The notes below the pieces were generated by a model. That model was not told the origin of the DNA. It searched no databases and saw nothing but the letters and a program-made list of their open reading frames with translations. A DNA stretch of 64,000 bases from an uncultured Clostridium sp. (lineage in GTDB: Bacteria > Bacillota > Clostridia > TANB77 > CAG-508). Made by a program: the position numbers and the translations under genes. Below are positions 42,079-52,810 of the stretch, piece after piece. Each line of letters opens with the position of its first letter. Within the stretch, counting starts at the first letter, position 1. The stretch covers positions 5,271-69,270 of the forward strand of contig CAOKEO010000001.1 in NCBI GenBank assembly GCA_948467495.1, read 5' to 3'.

Positions 42079-42320
42079 CTCAAAATCACACTCACCTTTC
42101 CCTTATTAGATAACTACATTCTATCTCTTTTTATAAAATATTGTCAACCTATTTTCTTTTTTTCGTTGGTTTTTTTGTAACCATTCAGAGGTGATACATT
42201 TTCACAAATGCGTTAGAAATTTTCTCTAAATTTTGTTTTTTATGTTATCATATTAGAAATTTATATAATAAACTTGACAAAAGAACATATAATATTAAAT
42301 AAACAGAAAGGACTGGTTAT

Positions 42321-43733
42321 ATGATAGATAATTACATTGAAAAGCACAAAGAAGAATTAATTCAAAAAACACAAGAATTAATCCAAATACCAAGTGTTAT
42401 TTCTAATTCCGATAATCCACAACAGCCTTTTGGAAAACCAATTCATGACGCCTTAGCATATATGCTAAAACTAGGAAAAAGTTTAGGATTCCGAACCAAA
42501 AATATAGATGGTTATTGTGGTTATATTGAATTTGGAGAAGGAAAAGAATTAATTGGAATCATTGGACACTTAGATGTTGTACCAGAAGGAGCAGATTGGA
42601 AATACCCTCCTTTTAGTGCCACCCTTGCAGATAACAAAATATATGGTAGAGGTGCGATTGACGACAAGGGACCTGTCATCAGTTCTTTGTATGCCATGAA
42701 AGCGGTTATGGATACTTGTCAGATACATAAACGTGTTCGATTAATTTTAGGATTAAACGAAGAAAATGATTGGAAGTGTATGGCATATTATAAAAAGCAC
42801 GAAGAATTACCCACCATCGGTTTCAGCCCAGATGCTGATTTTCCTTGCATTTATTCTGAAAAAGCAATTTTAACTTGTTATCTAAAAATGGATTATTCTG
42901 CCTTTTTAACCAAAGATATTATCATAAAAGAAATAAATACAAATGCGAATCCCATAAATGTAGTTCCCAAAATTTGTAGTATTATTTTAAAAATAAACTC
43001 CCCAAAAATAAAGATGAAGGATTTTATACAACATCTAAAAAATATTATTGAAAAAACGAATTTTGAAATTGATATTTATAAAATAGATGAAGAAGAAATT
43101 AAACTTACCTCTCATGGTGTTCCTAGCCATGCTGCCCATCCTGAAACTGGTATCAACGCCATTTCTCGATTAATCATTGTCTTAACTAAAATATTTAACC
43201 TTTATGAAATTTCAATCTCCTTATTCGACTTTTTCACCACTTATATTAACACACAATATGGAGGAGAAAACTTAGCTATTAATTTCGAAGATAAATCTGG
43301 AAAACTAACTTTAAATGTTGGAGACTTCTATTTTAAAAACAATATCTTGCAAATTGGATTAAATCTCCGCATTCCTGTTACCATGAACATGTTAGAAATT
43401 GGAAATAGCTTTATGAAACATACTAGCCCTTATTTAGACATTGATTTTGATACCATTTCTTACAAGCCTGCGTTATATATCTCAAAAGAAAATAGATTAG
43501 TCAAAACGCTTTGTGATGTTTATAACAAAGAAACACATTCTAATTTAGAACCTATTGCAATTGGTGGTGCTACTTACGCTCGTGCTTTTGACAATTGCAT
43601 ATCTTTTGGTGCTAACTTTCCTGGTGACAAAGATATGTGTCATCAAACAAACGAATTTATTGCTGTTGATAAGTTGTTACTCTCTTGTAAGATTTATGCT
43701 AAGGCAATTTTGGCTTTGGATGCGTTAGACTAA
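42321..43733 (+). CDS. M20-family dipeptidase (PepV-like).
   Basis: IIGHLDVVP, GRGAIDDKG and the His/Glu ligands are present, 470 aa. Confidence 0.8.
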   Translation: MIDNYIEKHKEELIQKTQELIQIPSVISNSDNPQQPFGKPIHDALAYMLKLGKSLGFRTKNIDGYCGYIEFGEGKELIGIIGHLDVVPEGADWKYPPFSATLADNKIYGRGAIDDKGPVISSLYAMKAVMDTCQIHKRVRLILGLNEENDWKCMAYYKKHEELPTIGFSPDADFPCIYSEKAILTCYLKMDYSAFLTKDIIIKEINTNANPINVVPKICSIILKINSPKIKMKDFIQHLKNIIEKTNFEIDIYKIDEEEIKLTSHGVPSHAAHPETGINAISRLIIVLTKIFNLYEISISLFDFFTTYINTQYGGENLAINFEDKSGKLTLNVGDFYFKNNILQIGLNLRIPVTMNMLEIGNSFMKHTSPYLDIDFDTISYKPALYISKENRLVKTLCDVYNKETHSNLEPIAIGGATYARAFDNCISFGANFPGDKDMCHQTNEFIAVDKLLLSCKIYAKAILALDALD

Positions 43734-43738
43734 TTAAT

Positions 43739-43930
43739 AAAAAGCAAAGTAATCTTAATAGATAAAAAAGGTATTTTCGTTCAATTAATTTTCATAGAAA
43801 TTCTAAATAGATTTTAGGGCACCCTTCCACGTCAAGCGTGAACTCTTTCCCTAAAATCTATTAAAAATTTCTAATTTAATTAATTTCAATTCAAATACCT
43901 TTTTTATCTATTAAGATTACTTTGCTTTTC
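43739..43930. repeat. Nested perfect palindrome: outer 37-bp inverted repeat, inner 12-bp inverted repeat, central CACG..CGTG.
   Basis: AAAAAGCAAAGTAATCTTAATAGATAAAAAAGGTATTT ... AAATACCTTTTTTATCTATTAAGATTACTTTGCTTTT. The inner arms are TAGATTTTAGGG/CCCTAAAATCTA. It lies between convergent genes. Confidence 0.75.
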
Positions 43931-43939
43931 TATATAACT

Positions 43940-44160
43940 TTTCACCAAATATAAAATCCCCCGCCTTAGCCGTCAGCTGCCTTGAATTTTTAAGGACCTG
44001 CTCCTAAAAACAGGTGGGTGCCTACCTAAATATTCCTGGGCTTCTCACTAAGATATGTGAGCTTGCACGCCATATTCAGAGATTTGGCCCCTCTTATCGT
44101 GTGTTGGTTCTAAAAATTCTGCCTATACGCACTACGCAGGGTAAATTTAATATTTAATTA
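43940..44160. other. GC-rich island of ~220 bp in an AT-rich, ORF-free 670-bp gap; candidate structured RNA or mobile-element remnant.
   Basis: Its composition differs sharply from the flanks (CCCCCGCCTTAGCCGTCAGCTGCC..GGTGGGTGCCTACC..). It has no ORF and does not obviously match tmRNA, RNase P, SRP or 6S RNA by eye. Confidence 0.3.
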
Positions 44161-44404
44161 AGTTATCTTTATTGTAACATGGTCTTATTCATTTTACAAA
44201 CGAAAAAATCACCTTAATCATTTCTAATTCTTATAATAGATATTATTATCTTACATTTTCATATCAAAATCTCACTTAAAGACTATTTTTTATCATTTGC
44301 TTATTTAGTTTTTCTATGTTAAAATAAAGTGAGTTTGTGATGATAGAGAACTTAAAAGTTCTCTGTCTTTTCATTTTTAAATCAATAACGAAAAACCCTT
44401 CCTG

Positions 44405-45079
44405 TCACATGACATATAACAATATGCACAAAAATTGCAAAAAGCTACCCAACAAAATAAATAAATGAAAAATGGAATGAGAATATTTATATTTTTTTCC
44501 AAAACCATAGATAATAGCACCTATTGTATAAGCAATTCCTCCTGCCACCAAAAGGATAACCCCATTTGTTGTCAATAGCTCTGGCAATAAGTTAGCTTTT
44601 ACTAAAATGCACCAACCCATTAATAAATAACATATCATAGAAAATACTTTAAATTTCTTGATATCAATTGAATTTAATATAATACCTAAAATAGCTACTG
44701 CCCATATAATTCCAAAAATAAGCCAACCAGATAAAAAATCATGTTCTCGAATGGAGCATAAAGCAAAAGGTGTATAAGAACCAGCAATTAATAGAAATAT
44801 GGAACAATGATCTAATACTTGAAATACCTTTTTAGAATTAATTTTAGGACTTAATCCATGGTAAATGCTAGACATCGTATATAAAACAATCATGGTGACT
44901 CCATAAATAGCTGCACTTACTACTCCATACACATTACTATTTGCTACGGCAAACGCAATGCATAATACAGTTGCTACCATTCCTAAAACAGCTCCCACAA
45001 TGTGGGATGTCATATTAAAGATTTCCTCTCCTTTGGTATAAGTTGGCAATATTCTATCCTTTAATTTTGTTCTTTGCAT
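44405..45079 (-). CDS. Hemolysin-III family (PAQR) membrane protein.
   Basis: Seven transmembrane segments with the HxxxH motifs of the Hly-III family. Confidence 0.8.
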   Translation of the reverse strand: MQRTKLKDRILPTYTKGEEIFNMTSHIVGAVLGMVATVLCIAFAVANSNVYGVVSAAIYGVTMIVLYTMSSIYHGLSPKINSKKVFQVLDHCSIFLLIAGSYTPFALCSIREHDFLSGWLIFGIIWAVAILGIILNSIDIKKFKVFSMICYLLMGWCILVKANLLPELLTTNGVILLVAGGIAYTIGAIIYGFGKKYKYSHSIFHLFILLGSFLQFLCILLYVM

Positions 45080-45222
45080 TTTTATCTCCTAAGATTATTT
45101 TTATCCATTGTACCACAAATATTCAAGGTATAAAAGTTTTTCACAATAAATTTACAAAAATTACCGAATACTTCAGAAGTCTTGTTTTTTGGAATAAAAG
45201 TTTCTACATTTTTTGGATGTAT

Positions 45223-45931
45223 CTATTCTTTAATCTCTTCTGCTAACTTATGAATTGCCTTTGTCTCAATACGAGACACATAAGAACGAGAAATTCCCAT
45301 CATAGTTGCAATTTCATTTTGTGTTTTGGGCTTATAACCACCAAGCCCAAATCTTAACTCTAAAATCGTTCTTTCTCTATCTCTTAAAATTTCTTTCATT
45401 TTCTGACCTAGTAATTTTATTTTCATTTTAATATCTACTTCTTCTTCAATATTTCTTTCATTATTTTCTAAAACTTCTTGCAAAGTTACAACATTATCAT
45501 CCTTATCTTTTCCAATTGGTTCATTTAAATACACCTCTGCTCCGAAGTTTTTTAGTTGCCCTCAAATGCATTAAAATTTCGTTGTCAATGCAACGAGATA
45601 CATACGTAGATAATCTTGCTCCCTTTTCTATCTTAAAACTGTTAATTCCTTTAATTAGCCCTACCGTACCAATTGATATCAAATCATCTTGTTCTACTTT
45701 TGTTGTACTATATTTCTTTGCCACATGGGCAACCAATCTTAAGTTTCTTTCAATTAAAATATTTCTAGCCTCATCATCTCCCTTTGCCATTTGCTCCAAA
45801 CAATTTCTTTCTTCTTCTGCTGTTAGCGGCTCTGGAAATAAGGTTCCTCCCTGAATATATCCAACAACAAATACAGCTGATTTTAAAAATTCTAAAAAAC
45901 CTAATATTCCTGTCATACAAAGCGATAGCAA
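45223..45931 (-). CDS. sigK: Sporulation sigma factor SigK (pro-sigma-K), requiring one +1 shift at CGG 45542-45544; not interrupted by a skin element.
   Basis: A pro-sequence is followed by YIQGGTLFPEPLT and regions 2 and 4. The junction HLRATKKL-[C]-GAEVYLNEPIGKDKDD aligns with the Bacillus subtilis SigK sequence [20 protein letters not shown]. Confidence 0.8.
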
Positions 45932-46149
45932 TATAAATGCACCTCCATTTTTGCGGGTTTAAGTTTTCTATTTCTACTTAAACTTTCTCCATATAATCCA
46001 ATATATGTTTTGCAAAAATGAAAAGTGCATGACCCTTTTATCTTTTTTCATATATTAGGAAAGTCATACTAACTTTCTAATATAGAAAACCAATTGTACA
46101 CAATTTTCTTTTTAATTCTTTTGCCTTTTACTTAAAAAGCATATTTGCA

Positions 46150-46923
46150 TTAAATCCCCATAATATTATAGCCATTATCTGCATAAACCACTTGACCTGT
46201 AACACTATCAGACATAGAACTCAATAAAAATGTAGCCACATTTCCAACCTGTGTTGTTGTCACATTTTGATGCAATGGTGCTTTTTCTTCTATTACCGTT
46301 AAAACAGAACCAAAATCTTTAATTCCCTTAGCAGACAATGTCTTAATTGGTCCTGCTGAAACAGCATTCACTCTCATTCCTTCTTTTCCTAAGTTTTCTG
46401 CCAAATATCTAACACTTGACTCCAAAGCTGCCTTTGCTACTCCCATCACATTATAATTATCAATAACCTTGGTAGAACCATGATAAGTCAATGTAACTAA
46501 ACTTGCCTTTTCATTTAGCATATCTAACTCTTTTGCCATTCTAGCTGCTAACACAAAAGAATAACTACTAACATCACAAGCATGGGCAAATCCCTCTTTA
46601 CTGGTAAAAATAAAATCATGGTGTAAATCCTCTGTATTGGCATGAGCAACTGCATGTACAATACCATCCACTTTTCCATTTTCCTCTTTCATTTTAGTAA
46701 ACGCCTCTTTAACCACTTCATCTTCGGAAGCTCCATTTAGAACATAGGCTTTACTTCCTTTAAATTCTGATATCAATTCTTCTATTTTGTCTTTATTTTC
46801 TTCTCCCATATAGGTAAAAATAAGTTTTGCTCCATTTTCATAAGCAGATTTCGCAATTCCAAATGCAATACTCCACTTATTTCTAATTCCCATAATTAAA
46901 ATTTTCTTTCCTTCTAATAACAT
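46150..46923 (-). CDS. fabI: Enoyl-[acyl-carrier-protein] reductase (NADH).
   Basis: An SDR fold with the FabI-type Y-x6-K catalytic spacing, 257 aa. Confidence 0.8.
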   Translation of the reverse strand: MLLEGKKILIMGIRNKWSIAFGIAKSAYENGAKLIFTYMGEENKDKIEELISEFKGSKAYVLNGASEDEVVKEAFTKMKEENGKVDGIVHAVAHANTEDLHHDFIFTSKEGFAHACDVSSYSFVLAARMAKELDMLNEKASLVTLTYHGSTKVIDNYNVMGVAKAALESSVRYLAENLGKEGMRVNAVSAGPIKTLSAKGIKDFGSVLTVIEEKAPLHQNVTTTQVGNVATFLLSSMSDSVTGQVVYADNGYNIMGI

Positions 46924-46996
46924 TCTCTTTTCCTCCTACTTTTTATTATTTGTATTTTAATTTCTTATTTGGTAACAGTTTATCTATTTTTTAGGC

Positions 46997-47027
46997 AGTA
47001 ACAAATCGTGGGAAACCAGCAACAAAT
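46997..47027 (+). repeat. RF-A repeat, degenerate 5' half.
   Basis: GTAACAAATCGTGGGAAACCAGCAACAAATT, between accA and fabI. Confidence 0.5.
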
Positions 47028-47040
47028 TAAAATATAATGA

Positions 47041-47848
47041 TTAAATAAATTTATATTCGCCCATATTTCTAAATTTCTGATACCTCTCCTCAACAATAAC
47101 CTCTGGGCTTTTACCCTGCATTTCTTCCATGGTCTTTTGTATCTCGTTCTTCAAGTCCTTAGCTACTTTCAAAAAGCTTTTCTCTTCCTCTCCTTTCGGT
47201 TCTTTGATAATCTTATCAATTATCTTCAACTCAAATAAATCTTTTGCTGTTAATTTCATTTTTTCGGCAGCCTCTTTTGTTCTCGAAGAATCCTTCCACA
47301 AAATGCTAGCATAACCCTCTGGTGATAAAATAGAATAAATAGCATTTTCCAGCATAATCACTTTATTTCCTACTCCCAATGCCAAAGCTCCTCCACTGGA
47401 GCCTTCTCCAATCACAATAGCTATCACTGGCACCTTTAATTTACTAAGTTCTAACATTGAACTAGCAATGGCTTCACCGCTGCCCCCTTTCCTCTGCTCC
47501 AATGCCTGGATAGGCTCCTTTGGTATCAATAAAAGTAATAACTGGTCTTTTGAATTTTTCTGCTTGTTTCATAAAACGGATACCTTTTCGATATGCCTCT
47601 GGATTTGGCATGCCAAAATTCCTTTCGATATTTTCCTTGGTAGTTCTGCCCTTTTGTTCTGCAATTATCGTATAATTCTGACTTCCTATTTTTGCCAAGC
47701 CACAAACAATTGACTTATCATCTCTAAAATTTCTATCCCCATGCAACTCTATAAAATCATCAAAAATCTTCTCCATATAATCTAATGCCGTTTTTCTTTT
47801 AGGGCTTCTTGCTATTTCTACTTTTTCCCATGCGGTTCGTTCTTTCAT
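47041..47848 (-). CDS. accA: Acetyl-CoA carboxylase carboxyltransferase alpha subunit, requiring one +1 shift at CGG 47477-47479.
   Basis: The junction reads AEERGQ-[C][33 protein letters not shown]. The site is next to a G5 run on the coding strand. Confidence 0.85.
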
Positions 47849-47956
47849 CTCTATCCCTTCCTTAAATATTTTTTCCAGCAGAGAAATTTGCCATTGGAGA
47901 CGTCCCTTTTTGGCAATTTTCTATACCTACAACTGCTTCAATCCCAAATTTTTATA

Positions 47957-48030
47957 ACCATTCATAGGTGATATATTTCAATTAGAAAGTTTCTATATTT
48001 TTTATTGCCAAAAAACAAGACGTCTGAATC
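47957..48030. repeat. RF-C ~80-nt repeat inside the accD-accA intergenic region.
   Basis: AACCATTCATAGGTGATATATTTCAATTAGAAAGTTTCTATATTTTTTATTGCCAAAAAACAAGACGTCTGAATCGTT. An RF-E-like hairpin (TTGCCATTGGAGACGTCCCTTTTTGGCAA) sits just before it. Confidence 0.65.
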
Positions 48031-48041
48031 GTTACAAATTT

Positions 48042-48878
48042 TTATTTATGGTATTGGATTAACTTATAAATAGTATCTTTTAATTCTTTTCTCTCTACTA
48101 TTTTGTCAATAAAGCCATGTTCTAATAAAAATTCTGCTGTTTGAAAACCTTCTGGCAATTTTTCTCCAATGGTTTGTTCAATCACTCTTTGTCCAGCAAA
48201 ACCTATCATGGCACCTGGTTCTGCTAATATAATATCTGCCAAACTGGCAAAAGAAGCTGTAACACCACCATAAGTTGGGTCAGTTAAAACAGAGATGTAT
48301 AACAAGCCAGCTTCATTTAATTTTGAGATAGCTGCTGTTGTTTTTGCCATTTGCATAAGAGATATAATTCCTTCTTGCATTCTAGCACCACCAGATACAC
48401 AAAAGATAAGCAATGGCAATTTTAATGCAATCGCTTTTTCTATGGCATAAGTAATTTTTTCTCCTACTACAATTCCCATACTTCCCATCAAAAAACCACT
48501 ATCCATAACACAAATGACTACCTTTTCCCCTTTTATTTTTCCTGTGCCACAACTAACTGCCTCTTGAATACCTGTCTTTTCTCGTAAACCTTTTATTTTT
48601 TTCGGATAATCCTCTAATTCCAATGGATTGGTTGTATCAATATTTAAGTCAAACCTTTTATAGGTGTCTTTGTCAACGATACTTTCTAGTCTTTTATTAA
48701 TATGCATTCTAAAATAAGCTCCACAATTTGGGCAAATACTGCTATTGGCTCTTACTGTTTCTTTATATAGGATTTCTTTACATTTATCGCATTTAACCCA
48801 TTTACCAACTTGTATATCAATTTGATTTTCTGTTCTTTTAGCTGTTGGTTCTCTCTTTTTTATTTTATCAACAATCAT
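48042..48878 (-). CDS. accD: Acetyl-CoA carboxylase carboxyltransferase beta subunit.
   Basis: An N-terminal Cys4 zinc finger (CDKC..CPNC) and a carboxyltransferase domain. Confidence 0.85.
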   Translation of the reverse strand: MIVDKIKKREPTAKRTENQIDIQVGKWVKCDKCKEILYKETVRANSSICPNCGAYFRMHINKRLESIVDKDTYKRFDLNIDTTNPLELEDYPKKIKGLREKTGIQEAVSCGTGKIKGEKVVICVMDSGFLMGSMGIVVGEKITYAIEKAIALKLPLLIFCVSGGARMQEGIISLMQMAKTTAAISKLNEAGLLYISVLTDPTYGGVTASFASLADIILAEPGAMIGFAGQRVIEQTIGEKLPEGFQTAEFLLEHGFIDKIVERKELKDTIYKLIQYHK

Positions 48879-49003
48879 TATCTCTATTCCCTTTCTGTGG
48901 AAGATGGAAACGTATTTTTTCCCTATCTACCTATCTATATCTATTATTCTGTTAGAACATATGAATAGGGAGAAAAATACGTCCCCCTGCCCCATCCATG
49001 ACC

Positions 49004-50335
49004 TTAAAATTGTTTCTCAATAAACGATGTATCAAAGTTTCCTCTAATGAAATCAGGATTTCTTATAATGCTAAATAAGAAATCAATATTGGTATCTACT
49101 CCTTCTATGACAATTTCTTCTAAGGCTCTTTTCATTTTACTAATGGCTTCATTTCTGGTATCTCCATGTGTGATAATTTTCGCAATCATAGAATCGTAAG
49201 TAGGTGGAATGGTGTATCCTTCATAAATAGCAGTATCTACTCTAATTCCATTTCCTCCTGGCAAATTTAATCCTGTAATGGTTCCTGGACATGGCATAAA
49301 GTTCTTGCTTGGGTTCTCTGCGTTAATTCTACATTCGATGCTATGTCCTCTAAATATAATATTTTTTTGTTTTAGTTTTAATGGCTCGCCTGCTGCTATT
49401 TTGATTTGTGCTTTTACAATATCAATTCCAGTTCTTTCTTCTGTAATTGGGTGTTCTACTTGAATTCTAGTATTCATTTCCATAAAATAAAAATTCTTAT
49501 CACTATCTACTAAAAATTCGATGGTTCCACAACTTGTGTATTCTGCCACTTTAGCTGCTTTGATTGCTGCTTCTCCCATCTTATTTCTCAATTTATCATC
49601 AATGGCAGTAGAAGGTGTTTCTTCTAAAATCTTTTGATTTTTTCTTTGAATGGAACAATCTCTTTCTCCTAAATGAACTACATTTCCATGCTCATCTGCT
49701 AAAATTTGTATTTCTACATGTCTCGGATTTTTGATAAATTTTTCAATGTAAATTTCATCATCGTTAAAAGACATTTTCGCCTCTTGTTTTACGATATTGT
49801 AATTACTTTCTAATTCTTCGGCAGAATTGACAATACGAATTCCTTTTCCGCCTCCTCCAGCTGCTGCCTTTAACATAACGGGATAACCAATTTTATTGGC
49901 AATTTTAATGGCATCTTTTAAACCTTTTACACTTCCATCTGAACCTGGTATAACAGGCACTCCTGCTGATTTCATTAATTCCTTGCTATTTGCTTTATTT
50001 CCCATTTTTTCAATCACTTGATACGATGGTCCAATGAATTTGATATTGGACTCTTCACATATTTTAGCAAACTGACTATTTTCTGATAAAAATCCAAAAC
50101 CTGGATGAATACTATCTGCACCAGTTATATTGGCCGCTTCTATCATATTTTTAAAATTCAAATAACTTTTTGCACTATTGGCTGGTCCAATACATATGGC
50201 TTCATCTGCCAAACGAGTATGCATCGCATCTTTATCGATTTCAGAATACACAGCCACTGTTTTGATATTCATTTCTTTGCAAGCCCTTATAATACGAACT
50301 GCTATCTCCCCTCGATTCGCAATTAAAATCTTATT
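49004..50335 (-). CDS. accC: Acetyl-CoA carboxylase biotin carboxylase subunit.
   Basis: The ATP-grasp fold is present. The start is MNKILIANRGEIAVRI. The upstream extension in the ORF track overlaps RF-F repeat copies. Confidence 0.85.
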   Translation of the reverse strand, partial: NKILIANRGEIAVRIIRACKEMNIKTVAVYSEIDKDAMHTRLADEAICIGPANSAKSYLNFKNMIEAANITGADSIHPGFGFLSENSQFAKICEESNIKFIGPSYQVIEKMGNKANSKELMKSAGVPVIPGSDGSVKGLKDAIKIANKIGYPVMLKAAAGGGGKGIRIVNSAEELESNYNIVKQEAKMSFNDDEIYIEKFIKNPRHVEIQILADEHGNVVHLGERDCSIQRKNQKILEETPSTAIDDKLRNKMGEAAIKAAKVAEYTSCGTIEFLVDSDKNFYFMEMNTRIQVEHPITEERTGIDIVKAQIKIAAGEPLKLKQKNIIFRGHSIECRINAENPSKNFMPCPGTITGLNLPGGNGIRVDTAIYEGYTIPPTYDSMIAKIITHGDTRNEAISKMKRALEEIVIEGVDTNIDFLFSIIRNPDFIRGNFDTSFIEKQF

Positions 50336-50354
50336 CATGCTATTATTTTCCTTT

Positions 50355-50450
50355 CTTGAAACAAGAGGGACAGGTCTCATTTGTCCCATCTTTTGATACT
50401 CTTCTATGTAATTTTTAAGACAATTAAGACCTATCCCCATTGTCTCATTT
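50355..50450. repeat. Two RF-F-type palindromic units between fabZ and accC.
   Basis: CAAGAGGGACAGGTCTCATTTGTCCC and AGACCTATCCCCATTGTCTCATTTT. Confidence 0.55.
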
Positions 50451-50452
50451 TC

Positions 50453-50875
50453 TCACACTACTGCAAAAGTTAATTCTCCTTTTGCTACGATTTTGTCTTC
50501 TACGGTTGCAATTGCTTCTCCTACTCCAATTGGTCCTTTTTTCTTGCTAATTTTTACTTCTAGTTTTAATTTATCTCCTGGCACTACCATCTTTTTAAAT
50601 TTCATTTTATCAATGCCTCCAAACAAAGCATTTTTTCCTTTGTTTTCTGCTAGGCTAAGAATGGCTACTGCCCCTGTCTGTGCTAGACTTTCCGTAATTA
50701 ATACTCCTGGCATAATTGGATTTCCTGGAAAGTGTCCTTTGAAATACCATTCTTCTTCGCTTACATATTTATAGGCGATTGCACTTTCTCCTGGTATGTA
50801 TTCTTCTACCTCATCTATCATTAGAAAAGGTTCTCTTTGTGGTATGATTTCTTTGATTTCCTCTTTTTTTAACAT
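50453..50875 (-). CDS. fabZ: 3-hydroxyacyl-ACP dehydratase FabZ.
   Basis: A hot-dog fold with HFPGNPIMPGVL. Confidence 0.85.
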   Translation of the reverse strand: MLKKEEIKEIIPQREPFLMIDEVEEYIPGESAIAYKYVSEEEWYFKGHFPGNPIMPGVLITESLAQTGAVAILSLAENKGKNALFGGIDKMKFKKMVVPGDKLKLEVKISKKKGPIGVGEAIATVEDKIVAKGELTFAVV

Positions 50876-50963
50876 TGTTTTTCCTTCTTTCTTTGGCTTG
50901 ATACAAAATTCAAATTGATAAAGAAGCCCTTTAAAAGCTGCCTAAGTTCACAACTTTAAAACT

Positions 50964-51437
50964 TTATTTTATCACAAATAATGGTTTTCCATATTCTACT
51001 GGTTCTCCATCTTTTACCAAAATTTCTTTGATTTCTCCATCCCATTCAGACTCTATCTCATTCATTAATTTCATAGCTTCTACAATACAAAGAACATCTC
51101 CCTTTTTTACTCTTTGCCCTACTTGCACATAAGAATCGCTATTAGGAGAAGGTTTTAGATAGAAAGTTCCTACCATAGGAGATTTTACAATATTACCCTC
51201 TTCCACTTTTTCTTCTTGTTTCTCTTCACTTGTTTCCACATTTTTTATTTCTATTGTTGATACATTTTCCATTGGTATATTTTCTGCTACTGTAATAACT
51301 TGCTTTTCCTCTTTTTTCATACTTATTTTGGTACCATCTGGAAAATCAATATCAATAGCCGTTAATTTTGAATTTCCCATATCTTCCATAAGCTGTTTAA
51401 TCTTTTCATACTCCATCATCTTCTCAATCCTTTCCAT
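50964..51437 (-). CDS. accB: Acetyl-CoA carboxylase biotin carboxyl carrier protein.
   Basis: The C-terminal biotinyl domain carries [10 protein letters not shown]. The start is set at MERIEKMM, because the ORF-track N-terminal extension runs into the RF-A copy. Confidence 0.8.
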   Translation of the reverse strand: MERIEKMMEYEKIKQLMEDMGNSKLTAIDIDFPDGTKISMKKEEKQVITVAENIPMENVSTIEIKNVETSEEKQEEKVEEGNIVKSPMVGTFYLKPSPNSDSYVQVGQRVKKGDVLCIVEAMKLMNEIESEWDGEIKEILVKDGEPVEYGKPLFVIK

Positions 51438-51472
51438 CTTTCTTTTATAGAATTTTATTATATTTTTATGAA

Positions 51473-51540
51473 ATAACAAATCGGGGGGACCAGCAAGTTA
51501 CAGTCTGTTATTTTTACAGACTGTAACTTGCTGGGAGTTA
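51473..51540 (+). repeat. RF-A structured repeat, full copy, between fabF and accB.
   Basis: AATAACAAATCGGGGGGACCAGCAAGTTACAGTCTGTTATTTTTACAGACTGTAACTTGCTGGGAGTTA. Confidence 0.8.
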
Positions 51541-51574
51541 TTTCAGAAAAATATAATAAACATTCTTAAAATTA

Positions 51575-52810
51575 TTATTGATATTTTTTCAAAATAATAC
51601 TAGCATTATGCCCACCAAATCCCAAAGAATTTGACATTACGACATTGATTGGAGCCTTTCTAACCTCATTTGGTACCACATCTAAATCACAATCCTCATC
51701 TTTTTCTTGATAATTGATAGTTGGTGGAACCATCTGTTTTTCAATTGCTTTGGCACAAATAATTGCTTCCACACCACCTGCTGCTCCCAGCAAATGTCCT
51801 ATATTCCCTTTGGTAGAACTCACCATTACTGTTTTACTTGCCTCTCCTAACGCTGATTTTATCGCCATCGTTTCGCATAAATCATTCAAATGCGTAGATG
51901 TACCATGAGCATTAATATAATTAATTTCTTCTGGTTTCATTTTAGCATCCTCAATTGCTCTTTTCATAGCTCTTGCTCCACCTTCTCCTTCTGGTGCTGG
52001 TGAAGTAATGTGATAAGCATCTGATGTAGCCCCATATCCTACTACTTCTGCATAAATCTTAGCATTTCTTTGAATGGCATGTTCTAACTCTTCTAACACA
52101 AGAATTCCTGCTCCTTCTCCCATGACAAATCCACTTCTTTCTTTGTCAAATGGAATACTGGCTCTATTTTTATCGGTTGCATAAGACAAGGCTTTCATAT
52201 TCTCAAACCCTGCAATTCCTACACTACAGATAGAAGCCTCTGTTCCTCCTGCCAAAACAACATCTTCTGAACCATATTTAATTGTTTTGTAAGCCTCTCC
52301 TATGGCATGTGTTGAAGAAGCACATGCTGTTACAATCGAAATGGATTCTCCTTTTAGCCCTAAATCAATGGCAATATTTCCTGCTGGCATATTCGCAATT
52401 GCCATAGGAATGAACATCGGTGATACTCTGTTATTTCCTTTTACGTAATTAATTTCGCATTGTTCTTGGATGGTTTTCAAACCTGCAATACCAGAACTTA
52501 CAAATACGCCAACTCTTTCTAAATCTGTATTTTCTTCCGTAATTCCACTATCCTGAAAAGCTTCTCTTGCTGCTACTAGAGCAAATTGTGAACTTCTATC
52601 TAATCTTTTGGCTTGTTTTGGTTCTAAATAATCCAGTGGATTAAAATCTTTTACCTCTGCATCTAAACTAGTCTTGTATCCTGTACTATCAAATAAGGCT
52701 ATCGTATCAATTCCACATTTTTTTTCTTGAATTCCTTTCCAGGTTTCTTCTGTATCTTTTCCGATTGGAGTGATTGCTCCTAATCCTGTAATAACAACTC
52801 TTTTTTCCAT
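51575..52810 (-). CDS. fabF: 3-oxoacyl-ACP synthase II.
   Basis: The Cys-His-His catalytic triad context is present, 411 aa. Confidence 0.9.
   Translation of the reverse strand: MEKRVVITGLGAITPIGKDTEETWKGIQEKKCGIDTIALFDSTGYKTSLDAEVKDFNPLDYLEPKQAKRLDRSSQFALVAAREAFQDSGITEENTDLERVGVFVSSGIAGLKTIQEQCEINYVKGNNRVSPMFIPMAIANMPAGNIAIDLGLKGESISIVTACASSTHAIGEAYKTIKYGSEDVVLAGGTEASICSVGIAGFENMKALSYATDKNRASIPFDKERSGFVMGEGAGILVLEELEHAIQRNAKIYAEVVGYGATSDAYHITSPAPEGEGGARAMKRAIEDAKMKPEEINYINAHGTSTHLNDLCETMAIKSALGEASKTVMVSSTKGNIGHLLGAAGGVEAIICAKAIEKQMVPPTINYQEKDEDCDLDVVPNEVRKAPINVVMSNSLGFGGHNASIILKKYQ

Noticed and set aside
45223-45931. sigK split into two ORFs, which could be a skin-type prophage interruption as in Bacillus subtilis or Clostridioides difficile.
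   Set aside because: The two ORFs overlap by 14 nt with no intervening DNA. The split is a single +1 CGG site, and the corrected protein is colinear with SigK.
47474-47486. The accA and GH57 frameshifts as simple homopolymer sequencing errors (C5/G5 and G4 runs nearby).
   Set aside because: The other twelve sites are not in homopolymers, and all fourteen share the identical in-frame CGG plus GGA/GGT architecture. A generic homopolymer-error explanation does not fit, although a systematic artefact cannot be fully excluded without reads.
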